Assembly (NCBI GenBank): GCA_964035545.1
Contig: OZ037771.1
Span: 3,173,628 to 3,237,627 of the forward strand
Direction of reading: 5' to 3'
DNA from: Bugula neritina
Lineage: Eukaryota; Animalia; Bryozoa
DNA length: 64,000 nucleotides
Shown here: piece after piece, positions 12,258-26,100 of the stretch
Position numbering within the stretch: position 1 is the stretch's first letter
Layout of the letters: the number at the start of each line of letters is the position of its first letter
Notes under the pieces: generated by a model
What the model was told of the DNA's origin: nothing
Database searches by the model: none
The model's input: the letters and a program-made list of their open reading frames with translations, nothing else
Program-made: the position numbers and the translations under genes

Positions 12258-15200
12258 CTTGTATCAATGCAAAAATCATATTTTAGAAAAGCACTGCTAT
12301 ATGAAACTTCACACGACTCCGAAAACAAAAGTGTTTATGTTTGTTTGTGAAAGAGAGACAAAAGACAAGGAGTGTGACCAACTGCACTTCAACCTGTGAT
12401 TTCCATGGGGAGATGAACTGTTAACAGAATAGCACCGTGTGCCATTTGTCATCTACCCGCTTCACACTTGCTTTTTATTGTCAATCAGCTGGTGATAGAG
12501 GATCATTATTTCTGTTTCAAATAATTCAAAGAAACTCTACACAAAACTAATTGACAGGAGATAGCCATCTTACATGAATACATGTTTTTTTATTCGTTAA
12601 TGTAATGAATGGGATAAAAAGTGGGCCGCTGTTGTTATCTCAATGCGGCTGTACTCCGTTCTATTCACCAACAGAGCCTCAGTGCATCTTTGTAATCTCA
12701 ACCTGTCCTTGCCTCTAATTTACATAACTTAACAGATTTGCTTTATCTGTGCTGCGAATCAGATGCTACGGCCAGCTTGAAGAAGATTCACTGAATAGAA
12801 GAGAGGGAGAGTTCACCTCGCTGATGCTGCAGACTTTTGTTGTCTGTCAGCAGTATTTTGTTTGTAAAACCTTTAATCTTTGACACACTCTAGAAGCTGC
12901 TTATATACAAGATGCTTATCTGATAACATATGAAACAGATAGATTTAGTAGATATAATGGACAAATGTCAAAATGCAAGTTTGAATTTTTATATTTTCTG
13001 TCTTGGGCCTTATAGAAGTGCATAAATTGGGTCATTTTACTTTATTTAGTTCATGTACACTGCATTTTGGCTTTTTGGCCTATTTGATAGAAAAACGCCC
13101 TAATATAAATGTTTTTTTTGCCTGAAACTAATAATTCGTTAACAAATAAAACTAAACAATTGAATATTTTTTTAATTAATTTGCTACATTTTCGACACTT
13201 TCCCAAATTTTTAATCAAAACATGGGTTTTCGTGATAATATTTGTATCTTGGTTAGTGAGCTGTAATTTTGTAAAATTTGTTTTATATTTCACAAATAAT
13301 ACAGCATTTAATATTATAAATGAGATACAAAATGCACCATATTATTTTGATATGTAATATTATGTTGATATACCATATTATGTTGATATACTATATTTGT
13401 TAAAACTGCAGAGTTTCCAATAGTTTAAATAAGGCCTGTAAACTATATTTATGTTAGGTGAGAAACTGTCTAAACTAAAAATCTTTAAAAATCCCATGCA
13501 GCTGATCAATGAACTTGTCTGTATTAAATGGTAATATTTACTCTTTTAGAAAAAAAACCCACATGGGTTTATAATCACCACCCCTTGGAAAACCCCTGAT
13601 TGAAAGGGGTTTTTAAGTGGGCTGAAGGACTTTTTACTGTTTGCTTTTTTTAGGAGATTAGTCTAAAATAGAAAAATTGATATCAACAACTTTTTATAGA
13701 CCAAATAACTTGCTGCAGCATTTATCAATATTCAATGGCTACCACAGATACCATAATATCCGAAATGTCTTTGAAATATATATTTAATATCTTTGCTCAA
13801 CTTGCTCAAATCGTACCAGTAACTAGGCACAACATTATTTACCAGTGCAAGTGTTGTGTAACAACATTTACGCATTTTAATTATTGAGGAAAAACACCTG
13901 GTAAGATAAACACAGGTAAATGTTTACAGAAAACGTTTGTACATACAGCATGATAGAGGCTGTAACAAGTCAAACTATCAACAATGCAGCTAACAGCGTA
14001 CATACATTTGTAGATTTTATCAGGACGATAAGCACGAAATTGTATACGTCAAAAGATAGACTAGTTCGTGACTCAAACTACTTTGTGCTATAGTGTTTTC
14101 ACTGAGTAAACTGAATGCAGTTGGTACATCACATCTATTCTAGAGCCTCATACGTGGCAGTCTAGTGCAAAGTATACACACACACACATCAGACAACAAC
14201 ATCCAACCTGCGTCTGTCTGTTACTCTCTATCATACTGTATATAATGTGGATACTTCCCTTATATGGAGATAACAAACAACATGTCTCATACCTGGTAAA
14301 TAATGCCAATTCTCAAAATAAACTGTAACAAGAACTTTAAAGAGCATTTATACTATTTATAAGTTGTAGAGAGTATCAAGTGTTACCAAAAAGTAACGAA
14401 CTTTGTGCAGCTAGCCCCCAGTTCCCTATAAAGAGGGTTTCAACTTATTTTAGCCACTGAATTGGACCATATTTGTTATATTGCATTTCAATAGTTTTAG
14501 CAAAATATATTTTTATTTAAACTAGTAGAAATAATATAAAATTTAGGTGCATACTTATAATTCCTCAGAGCCAATTGCTTTGTTTAACAAGCAGACTAGT
14601 AACTCTTTATACTGCACTGGAACTATTACTCTTCAAAAAATCTATAATGGAAAGTCATTAAGGTGACCCAAATGTTGCATTACCAAATCCTATAATATGC
14701 AGAGCGGTTATAGAGGGGACAACTGCCAAAATAATTTCCTTCATTTTATAAAAACTTTTTGCCGAGAGCCAAGTTGTAGACTTTTTCTGAGGTATGCAAT
14801 CGCTATACAAAAAGGTAAGAAATTACTAATCAACACTAAAACAGCATGGAGTATGCTGCAGGCATTCGAATAGGATTTTGAACATTCTAGAAGCATTAGT
14901 CTAGCAAATACAAAAAGAGTAAACATTCATGGCTGTAAGCAGCAAATCATTAACTGCAAGGGTTTGCTATCCCTATCAAAAAGACAACATTATCAATTAA
15001 CATTGAAGTCCTCATGCATCCAAAAAAATTTTCACTAGAAGTCTATTGTGGTTTATAAAACAAAGTACCACAATACAATACTGAAAGATACAGAGTTGAT
15101 GGAACATGGACTGAATGCTATGTTAAGGACTGAATATATAAAATACATTGTAAGTGGGAAAACATAGCAGTTTTATTGAGCATATAATAACACAAACAAG

Positions 15201-15473
15201 TAAAATGAAGTAATCTCCTTTGGTATGAGATAGAAACCACTACCTCCAGCATTGAGCATTAACCAGTAAAATACAAGTATATAAAACCACTAGAAAGTAG
15301 ATAAAGGAAGCACAAGTCAATGTAAAGAAAATCACTATTTGACATGATCAGAAATTACATGGCAAAATATCCAGAATATTACACAGGTGTGTGAATATAA
15401 TAGAATGTTCCGTCACTTTCCCGGTAATGACACGTAAAGGCATCAGGTCAAGGTCAGTCGGCATTCCTTAGCC

Positions 15474-18400
15474 TTAGTTCTCACTATACTGGCTGCACAC
15501 TTCTTTGTCGGCTTTCTTCAGCTTAATACGGGTGTTCAGTTGATTGGCCCGCAGTTTAGACCAGATTCTATGATCAGTCATCCCAAAATCCTTTGCAGCA
15601 GCCATGGCAGCACCGTCAGCATTACGTATGGTAGCACAACTCACACCTGCAGAAGGACAATACTACACTCTGTAGTGTATGTACTACACTCTGTACTCTG
15701 TAGCGTATACAACACTCTGTAGCGTATACTACACTCTGTAGCGTATACCACACTCTACCTGTAGGCATGTTGAGAGAAGACCAGATGTCGTTGCAGCTTT
15801 CCTGAGATGGCGGAGGGCAGTTATACACAGGATACGGGGTGTTGGCGGATACCACGGGGCCCAGCCCGTTACTCCTTCCAGCTACAGCAATGAACACAGT
15901 CTTGATGCCGTCACCTGGTAAACAGAAGAACAGGGCATTTGACCTTGACATTCTCTAAGGCAGAGTCTGCGCAGAAAAAATATGGAGTGGATAAAAAATG
16001 TGAGGAAGCAACAAAGAAATGGATTATATGTTAGCTGTTACAAAAAGCTGCTTATATATATTGTTCCGGTTAATTCAAACATAAAGTATCTGTTGATGAA
16101 ATTTTGAAGATAGACATTAGTGAACCAGGAGGGGGAGGGGAGGAGAGAATTTTCAGAAATAAGGATAAACTTGTTTCTACTTTCTACTGCAATATTCTTA
16201 TCCAATTGAAAAATTAAAGTGACAACGTCAAATACAAGTATAGCAAATGGTGAACAGAATTTGACTGCGAAACAAGGAAGAGTCATGTGATAACAAGAGC
16301 AACACAATTACTGATACACAATCTACAAACAGATGTATACAATACTGTAGTATTGAGTTACGTGAGCAGATATACTTCCTTCTACACTGAATACGGCCAA
16401 GTTTTACCTTTTGATAAGCACACTCAATAGTAAAATGCAACAATAACCCTCCCACATGAAAGGGATTTGATTTCAGTCCATCCGGCAAAACACTCTGCCA
16501 GTTTAAACTGAAAGTAAAAACTCAGCTAAGTGTTATAAAGTCACCTTCATATTTAGCCACCATCTCTAGAGTATCACTGGTTCCCTTGTGGGCTGAGGTG
16601 ACGCGGCACTCAGTGGGGATTCCATACTTCTTACAGTGCCCGGCGATCTTGTAGGCCCACTCCTTGTCACTAGCTGAGCCCATGAGAATGACCACTCGGC
16701 AGGTTGGGGGTGGGAGAAGCAGCTGCAGTAGCACCATCACTACTACTATTACTACTATTACACTAATACTAAATACTGCTACTGCTGCTACTACTACTCC
16801 AATACTACTACTACTACTAGTAGTAGTACTAAGAGTGGTACTAATAGCATTATTACTACTATCACTACTAGTACCACCACTACCACTACTAATAATGAAC
16901 TATTAGTACTGCTGCTACTACTAGTACAATAGCGTCAGCAGCTAAATATACTAATTTGTAAGGTGAAAAAAATTTTCAGAGTAAAACAGAAAATGTATTC
17001 CTAGCAGCCATTACATTCAGCTTATCAGCGATCCACTCGAAGTTCCTCTTGACTTCCTGCAGGGCCTCCTTCGTCACTTCTGGCAGATCCCGGTACACCT
17101 GCTTGTCCTTCATCAGTCTCCTGTCCCCTGAGGGCCACAATCTCCACGAGTCTGAGTCTATGATGTCAGAGAGGATGATCTCCCCTGTCAAGTGATAGCA
17201 ACACAACTAATAATGTATGTGCAATGAGTACATTGTATGTGCAGTGAGTACATTGTATGTGCAGTGAGTGCATTGTATGTGCAGTGAGTGCATTGTATGT
17301 GCAGTGAGTGCATTGTATGTGCAGTGAGTGCATTGTATGTGCAGTGAGTGCATTGTATGTGCTGTGAGTACATTGTATGTGCTGTGAGTACATTGTATGT
17401 GCTGTGAGTACATTGTATGTGCAGTGAGTACATTGTATGTGCAGTGAGTGCATTGTATGTGCAGTGAGTGCATTGTATGTGCAGTGAGTGCATTGTATGT
17501 GCAGTGAGTGCATTGTATGTGCAGTGAGTGCATTGTATGTGCTGTGAGTACATTGTATGTGCTGTGAGTACATTGTATGTGCTGTGAGTACATTGTATGT
17601 GCAGTGAGTGCATTGTATGTGCTGTGAGTACATTGTATGTGCTGTGAGTACATTGTATGTGCAGTGAGTACATTGTATGTGCTGTGAGTGCATTGTATGT
17701 GCTGTGAGTACATTGTATGTGCTGTGAGTACACCAGTACTGGTATTGATCTCTCTCAATTACTTATACTCTAATACAAGACTTCAGAAATGTAAGCTTTG
17801 TGGTTACAGCTATTTGCTAAGCAACATGGAACCCAGATCAGAGGGTACTATTGACAGGGAGTTATAGAAGACGAACATTGCTAGCTATTGAAGGATAATG
17901 ATTTAGCAGATGTGAAAGAAGTTGAACAGTTGTCATGACAACGACTAAAACTAAAGTGTAGACTTGGCACTGCAGAGTGGTGTTAACTAAACCAAATTCC
18001 CATCGTTGTTTCTTATTTTCAGCCTGCGAGCTCACATGTGTGTTCAACAAACCAACCTTGGGAATTGACTCCAAACTCAATCTTCATGTCAATCAATGCA
18101 CAATCTATGGACGCCCAGGCTTTCTCTAGAATCTCAAACACGCATACAGACGTCTGTGACATCATTTCCACGTCATCTGCAGTAATTTTTATGCCTCCAA
18201 TGACCATTTCGGCAGACACGACGTCCTCAAATGACCACTCTGGATCACCAGCTGCGTCATCCTGTAGAAAAAACAGTGAAATATGAAGGGTTGATTACAC
18301 TGAGCAGTTGTGGTCTAGGGGTTAGAGCACTGGCTTGATAAACACAAGGTCAGTAATTTGATCTCCAGTGAAGACTATTGGTGATGTTAGGACGGGCATT

Positions 18401-20865
18401 TAGGCATAATTGCTCTTGTGTCACAATGGTGAAAAAGACTTCAGCCCTATTTAACAAAAACCCTTTCCATCAGGGGTTCTCACAGGGATAGTGACTATAA
18501 ACTCACGTTGGTTTTTATAACAAGCATATAGCCCGTATTTTATACACCAGACCTAGACCACATTTACCTCATGGACTTATGATTTTCATGCAACTTGATG
18601 ATTGGTGGCAGAGAGAAACACAAACTAGAGAGCACTTTTAAGTTATTTACAGATGTTTTGAGTCATCTACCGCTAGAGAGGGCACAACTCTCACTGCACA
18701 CATTTGTTTCAACCAGAAGATGCTGATATCAACATAGTAGTACAAGAATGAACAGCCACAATCTACCAGCACACTGATAGCTTGAGCTATAAACTGCCTA
18801 TTATCTGATTGATATCTTAGAGCCCAGCACTGTAGTCTGAAATACTGTTTCTATACCATGTTAGACACTGTGTTAGGTTTGAGGAAAGACAACTCTTGAA
18901 CGCATGCAGAGTACAAGGAGAGCAACATTGATTTGTCCAACAAAAGCTGCATCTCCTAAAGTCTCAACAGCATGAAGAGACAAAACTTGCCGTAAACTAG
19001 CAAATATTATCAGTGAAGTAAAACCAACTCTCTGTTTAGAAAGGTAACTTCAGTCAACCCTAAATATAAATATACAGGAAGGGGGGGGGGTGTTGGATAC
19101 CCACTTGGTAAGCAGAAAACAAACATTCATGGTTGGAAATAAGAATCAAAACATTTGGTATTGAGTTTAAGATTACTTGAGGGATTTACAGAAGGAATTT
19201 ATTCAACTGAATGAAGGGATTAGAACTACACATTAGATAAGATCCTTACAACTGCTAGACAAGTGGTAAACAAGTAAGCTGGTGTGGCATGTGGCAGGCT
19301 ACCAAGTAGACCACAACTAATTACTATTCCAGTTTCCTGAGTCCAAAGTCCTCCTGTCTCAAATAAACAAGCCCAGCTCTCTAACGCTCAACTGTGTAGA
19401 CTGTAGAGTGTAGACTGAGTAGACTGTAGACTAAGCAAGGGGCACGTTTGATTGATGGGGGCACAAAGAGACTGACCAGTGAATATTCAGGAAATTACTG
19501 GATTGATTCAGTTGCAGACACAAAGAGAAAAACAGTCAACAGTTCCGATATTTTAGAACAAAGAGACTTTCTGCAGGAGAATTTAACAATAAACAACAAA
19601 TAGCATGATGCAACTTTACATCCAGTATGTAACTGTAGAGTGTAGATGTTTTACTGAAGAAAAGTAGGTTATTTGTTACTGGAAACACATATGTATAGGT
19701 TAAATTAGCTAAAGGAACCAGTAGCTAAAGGACATGTGTTTTCACCTGCAACCACCAGGCACATAGAAACACCCACTGAAAGCACGGCATACCTTGTAAA
19801 AGTATTCACTCTTCACGGGAGAGAATCTGAAGCCTTCCTTGACATTGTGATTCCTTTTGAGGAAGGACCCAGTAGCCACCCGTCTCGTGACAAACTCAAT
19901 GGGAATCATGGCACAGCGCTCGGCTATGAATTCTCGCTCAGACTCCAATCTCACGAAATGGTTTCTAACACCTGAGGGAGGAGAGGAACGTAGAGACAGC
20001 TTCAGTATGTGTTTCAAGGAACAGAAAATAGCACACCAGTGCATGTCGCTGACCAGAGCAACTACACAGAGTGGTGAGTTTCCATTTAGCTGATCAACAC
20101 AGCTATACTGATTAGCTGCACACTAACCAGTGTACCTGTCACCTATAACTCACCTTCACATGTCACCTACAACTCACCTGTCACATATAAACCACCTGCA
20201 TATGTAAGTCAACTGTCACTTGCAACTCACCTGCATCTGTCAACAATCCAAAAACACTGGCAGCAGTTCTAGTGGAGATGGCAGCTTTACCTTCAAGCTC
20301 ATTGGATCTACAAATTACAACCAACTCCTTACAGCTAACCCAAATTTAGTTTACAGCTTTGCTCTATTTCAAATAGTGAAGTGACATATCTTTGTTGAAA
20401 GGGTGGACTATTGAAAAGCAAATAAAATCAACCAGTTTGAGTCTCAACATTCTTAGGAGTCAAGCATTCTTCAAACACTCATTCTTGAATATCTCTATGG
20501 AAATTTAGAAAACTACTAAACTGTAGAGAGTGCAAGACAATGCAGTAAATCTAACTATAGAGCTATAGCAAAATCAACACAATAATATTGATCCTCAGTC
20601 AAACTCAGTTTAAACTGGTGTAAATCATCAAACAGTCTGAATCAACTCACACTGCCCAGTATATAGAAATATAAAATTAGTTTTCAGTTTGAATCTTGCA
20701 ATGAACTCAACACTGAAAAGATTACTACCTGGCAGCGTTGTGAGCTGTTATCCTGTCTTTAGAGTAAACTATACAAATGCTGTCATCACCTTCTACTGCA
20801 TAGATGATTTTAGTCTTGCCTTCTGCAAGCTGAGCACCTCGTTTTATGCTCTCAGTCTCACTCAT
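15474..20865 (-). CDS. PAICS: Bifunctional SAICAR synthetase / AIR carboxylase, 8 coding exons
   Basis: Phase-consistent GT-AG exons 20865-20729, 20307-20231, 19971-19793, 18261-18057, 17184-17015, 16722-16545, 15914-15759, 15646-15474. Motifs [92 protein letters not shown]. Confidence 0.96.
15660..15757. repeat. ~20-bp minisatellite filling the last PAICS intron
   Basis: Repeated TACACTCTGTAGCGTA(TAC) units running up to the splice donor. Confidence 0.85.
16735..16925. repeat. Degenerate (ACT)n trinucleotide tract in a PAICS intron
   Basis: ACT/ATT/GCT triplet runs beginning just beyond the acceptor at 16723. Confidence 0.85.
17212..17731. repeat. 20-bp minisatellite, ~26 copies
   Basis: Unit GC(A/T)GTGAGT(A/G)CATTGTATGT. 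Confidence 0.97.
18301..18505 (+). mobile_element. tRNA-derived SINE copy (diverged) in a PAICS intron
   Basis: GAGCAGTTGTGGTCTAGGGGTTAGAGCA head and CACAGGGATAGTGACTATAAACT tail match the reverse complement of 2258-2445. Confidence 0.75.
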
Positions 20866-21599
20866 GTCTAAATCAAACTGATACTCATGATACCAGAAGA
20901 ATGCAGCACCAACAAAATATTTTATTCCATATAGGTCACTAATAAGTGCAGTAATATACTTATATAGGTGCAGTAGTTAAGAAAATTTAATAACCTAAGT
21001 TTCTTAAAACATTTTGGTTGGGATTAGGAGTTGACGTTCTGGTGAGAACATAACTTCCTTTGCAGTTTGCTACATTAACATTTTTTAACATATAACACAG
21101 ACTTTTCTCAATCTAATTACTATCAGTAACAAGAGTATCTGTATTCCTAATAGTAATTATACTTATAGTTAGACATACGATATTCCTATCAGTATGTGAG
21201 TATCACAGTCATGAGTCACAGTGATACTGATAGTAATGACTACTAAAAGTAAATCTAAATACTAATCAAGCTAATCACTAAGCCTAATAATTATGACAAT
21301 CACAATGTTAAAACTTAAACTAATATTTTAATTTATAAATTGATGTTATAGTTAGTATTACTATTACTATAGTATTAGTATAGTTATACTTATAGTTATA
21401 CCGATAGTGATAGTGATACTGATCGCCGATAGTGATAGACGCACACTTACACTAGCTTGGAAAACAAATTTATGATTATAATATTTATACTTGAACACCT
21501 ACTGAAAATTTTGCAGAACTAAACGTCAAAGCAGGAAACCAAGAGAACTTTGTGAGAAAAGGTGAACCTGGTTTGCAGAGAAATATGTAACAAATAACA

Positions 21600-21810
21600 A
21601 TGCTAGTAAATATTATTATTACTTTCAACAGCTGCTAGCACGTGCGCGTTTGATTTTGAAAACGGGTAGTTGGTGCTCAAATTTTAAAGTGGGCGTGACC
21701 GATTAGTAAAAACTAGAAATAACAACCTCCAATCAAAACAAAGGTCTGATAAAATTGATAACTAACTGTAGGCTTCAACCAATGAAATAAAACTTATTGG
21801 TTATAGTTAT
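21600..21810. promoter_or_regulatory. Probable promoter region between PAICS and the FAIM-like gene
   Basis: Local CpG cluster with CACGTG, GGGCGTG and several CCAAT/ATTGG boxes. A candidate PAICS 5'UTR donor (GTAAGT on minus) lies near 21450. Confidence 0.4.
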
Positions 21811-23177
21811 AGCTTCAACTACCGGCATTCTTTTATTTCACAGTTATGATCAAGGATGTCTAAAGTGATAAAACTCGTTAGAACAGTTTGATATGAGCGA
21901 TGATAGCCGAGACGTCCATGTGTTAATCAAGAATCGCTAATAAAGATAATAAACTGTCTCTATTCATATAGAAGGCTATAATCTATTGGCTCCACTTCGT
22001 GAGACATTTAGCAGCATAACAACATTCTTACTCTGCTTTTCACACTTGAAAATAAAGAGAAACGTAGAAATTTCAAGTCTTTATTTAAGCAATTTAAGCA
22101 ACATAAGGTGTTAAATAAAACCCAAGGTGAAGGTTAAATATTATAAATATAGTTCTTTACAGATTAACTTAGTTTACAAGTATTACAACCCTTTAAATGT
22201 ACAACTATATGCAGACTATCTGGGTACAAATGAAACATAAAGCAAACAAAAAATTTTCAATTTTGAATCTGCTATATTGAAACCATAAATTGAATAAACA
22301 ATAATTTGATGTTGTCATTATAATAAGTCCTATTGCCTATTATAGTAATTATAAGTACTAGGTCTACCTATAAAATAAAAATTGCGTTCAACATGTATTG
22401 CCACCTACTAGGCTTGACTTACTAGTTATTAGATACTAAAATAACTTATTATATATGACATACCAACTATTTATTACAGATTATACCTCTATTTCTAGAA
22501 TAACAATACTTATATGTATAGTAGTACCCATGGCTGTGGTGGACACAACTCCTAGTATTATGTTAGGCTTATATACCCGGATCTTGTGTGGAGCCCTACT
22601 ATACCACACCATTACCATCTGAACTTACAACTTCTGTAGTAGAATACATGGTCTGCAGCTACGTACACTCTTCTACTAGATTAGTTGGTTTTAAAATATT
22701 TTACAATGAAAGTGACAGATATCAAATGTTACCTTTTTCGTACCTAACATGGACAAGTCATTTATTGTTTTTAAAAAGAATTTCCTAATTTGCTTTCAGT
22801 TTGGATATTTGTCTTCTCGTGTAATTTTTTTCACTAAATAGCATTAATTTCTCATTATCCAGTGTCCTATTCAATACTGACAAGGCAATAAACTAAACCT
22901 GAATATTCAACGCAGTAATTTTATATCCATTTCTTCAGTTTATTGGTGCGACAACTCCAATTTTCCAACCTGCTCTTGCCTGGTACGTTGGTTTTAAATT
23001 TTCCATAATTTTGTGTAATGTTCATTTTTATTGATTTTTCTTCAACCAATGAGTGGTGCTTGCAAGTAATACATGTGTCGTGTTATACAGAGGCCATTGT
23101 ATCTTCAGTAGATGTACATTCAACAACCCCACGTATTCTACTCAATCGCAGTTTAAACTGAAAATTACACAGCAGTC

Positions 23178-26100
23178 ATGTCTGTAATGTTGACAGCCAC
23201 AAAAAATGTCGTCAGGAAGAAGTCAGCTTCAGCTAAATCAGCTCGAAACAAGGAGTGAGTCAATTTTATTTGTTTTGTTTAATGTTTTACTTTTTGAAGG
23301 TTTATGCGCGTTGGGCACATATTTTATGTCTTTAGAGAGTTAGGAGTTTGCTGGGTCTGGTTGGCGTAGAAATATGTGCACCAAAAAGATAAATCATATG
23401 ATATGGGAAGATGAAATAAGTTAGTTGTGACTGAATATTAAAGATTAAAACACTTTTTAAAAAGTATTTTTGCCTGTATTACTTTATTAAATATACAAAC
23501 TATGTTATTATAAAAATTTTAGACTTTTCAATAATAAAAAAGAAATCCTAATGCAATTAATAGTGCTAACTCCTAACTCCAAAGTACTAACTAGTTACTA
23601 AATAATTGGTCATTTTATAAACTCTTCTGTGTTTACTAAGTGAAGTGACAATAAAAAAGATGCTGATGAATAAAAAATTAAGCAATATTTTTCAATTTAA
23701 GAAATATAACTGCAGTTTTTCTTAAAGAAAAGTAAGAAATATCAACGCCCTGCATTTGCTAATGATTCTCGGGGCTTTTGATTTCATCAAACAATAAAAT
23801 ATTCAAAATTATGTGTTGTCTGTGAATCATTCAAAAAGGTTCCTATGAGAAAGATTCAATTGGTGCCCAACTTATGATTTATTTATGAAGTTATAGTCAC
23901 GTAACATCACTGTTTAGATGCTGCATGGAAATACACGTCGCACTGTTTACATCACATACAGCGACTTCTACAATAATATATCTAGCTCTTGGTGTCAGCA
24001 GTTGGGGGAATTGGCTGCGCATCTAGTGCTCAGCATACTAAACTTCAATCAATATATTGCATCAATACTTTCACAATGGCTTCTAATAACGAGAGCATAG
24101 CTCATTGTTGGAACAGCACTAGAATCAATATCGTATAATACACATTGAGAAGGCCAACGTTCAGAGTTCTGCAGCTGGTTGTTTGTGCAAGGTAAACTCG
24201 TATCTGCACACCACACTGTTTTCGCCATGATTTCTGCTTTTACCACGAATCATATTTCGAAATTAATTCAATATCTTTCTTGTATTACTTGAAATTACAT
24301 TGATTGTTGCCGTATATATAGTAACTGGACAAACTCAAATGACTGCAACTGCAAACGAAAATAGTAAATCAATAACATGAGTTTTGTCAGGTATATTTAA
24401 GGTAGACATGAGAAGTCGTGCCCTCTATTCTGCATATGACAACCCGGCATATATTATATGTAACAAACATTGATCAACCGTTCTGTTTTATTTGCCTAGT
24501 CTGTTCAATATATTTGATGATTAGTGCTTGGAATTATATCTCAAAATTGTTGCTTTTTCAAGTGAATAATTTTAAAGCTCATAAAAGTTATTCGTTAGGG
24601 AAATTTGATATTCTCCATTCCTATAAAAAAATTCTTTATTTCTCTATTTTTAGGGGCAATGTACTAAACACGAATTGAAATTACTTTAATAAATTATACA
24701 GATATTCTCAGACATGGAATTACAATATACATTTTGACGTGTAGCCTTCTTGAGTAACTTTTGATTAAAAATCTGTTGAAAATAATCTTGTGAGATAAAT
24801 TTTGACTTAAATCTAGTGGTTTGAGTACAACTCTTGACCTCACTATACTCGTATTTTCAGCCGACGACCTCCGTCTAAACCTAAGACACAGACAGCGTCA
24901 CATTCCTCTCACGTCAGCAGTCAGAACGTGAAAACATGGCGCTGGACAGAAGTAGTGGAGAGTCAGGAGGGACTGCCCGAGGAGTCAATAAAAACCTTGA
25001 CCTTTAGTAAGTTGTGCCAACTGCTTGAGTGGCATTTTTTCACCTCAAATGACCTGATGTCAGCAATAATATGTTCACTTCATTGTGTAGAATTTTGAAC
25101 TGCATAGAAAATGTATTTGTTTCCAGTAATAATTATCAGGTAAAGGTGGGTTGTGAAGTAGTTTAACTATGCGGAGAATTGCTACATTTTCAGACATCCT
25201 TTGCCATGTCTGCGAATGTAAGCTGTAAAAACCAGCAAATCACCAAGAAGTCTTTTCTGTTATGCTGACAATATTAATCGTGTGTCTAAATTTACTTTGT
25301 ACCTATGTTAGCAGAATTATATCTAAAAAATCAATGTATAAAGAAATGTTTAAATTATAACTGCTATAGTAAATAGCCCAAGTTCTGCAATGCAGACCAA
25401 TAGAATGACTCAGCTAATGACAAAACATGGCTAATGCCACTCTCTACTAATGGATTCGTACATAATAAGATGGTGTATAAATAACCTGACCTGCTCTAAC
25501 CTGCTATTCCGTGTCTATTATTTGAATGATGGCATGTTTTGTTATCCGAAAAGTATATAATTATTTCAATCGGCAGTTGAATTATTGGACAGGAAATATC
25601 CTCATTTCCTGAAGCGCATATCATTTATTCATTGCCTATGCAGACATTAGTAAAATATAATATATTTATATATGTTATACAGGATTTGTGGTGCAATCAC
25701 TATAGTTTAGATCAGCTCTTTTGTCTATCAATGCGATTGTATGAGCTTTTATATTTTTCACAATATTCTGTAGATTTATAGCTCCTAGACAGAAAGTATT
25801 TTCAATCATGCAAATGAATCCTCCTCAGTTCTCAAATTGTTTTCTTATTATTTTTAGTTACCAAACGTATTTCTTTTGGAAAAGAATCATTTAGCAATAT
25901 ATTATACATATTATTCAATATAAGTTACATCAATTTCAGTGGATAAAAATTAAATTAAATCAGAGAAAAAGCAATTCCTCGACATAACTATAATATTGAT
26001 CATAGTCAAATTTCTATCTATTTTTGAAATTTTATTGGCTAGTAAAATTTTTTAGGGAAAGACACTGTAGAAATTTGGGTGGATGATGAGAAGGCTAAAG

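Noticed and set aside
8024-12350. Duplicated 86-96 aa ORFs in the LTRs and antisense ORFs within pol
   Set aside because: By-products of the LTR duplication and of antisense frames; non-ATG starts and no motifs.
17166-17758. Three overlapping 175-183 aa His/Cys/Thr-rich ORFs
   Set aside because: Stop-free 20-bp minisatellite inside a PAICS intron.
20866-23177. PPAT head-to-head with PAICS, as in vertebrates
   Set aside because: No amidophosphoribosyltransferase motifs found; the divergent neighbour is the FAIM-like gene.
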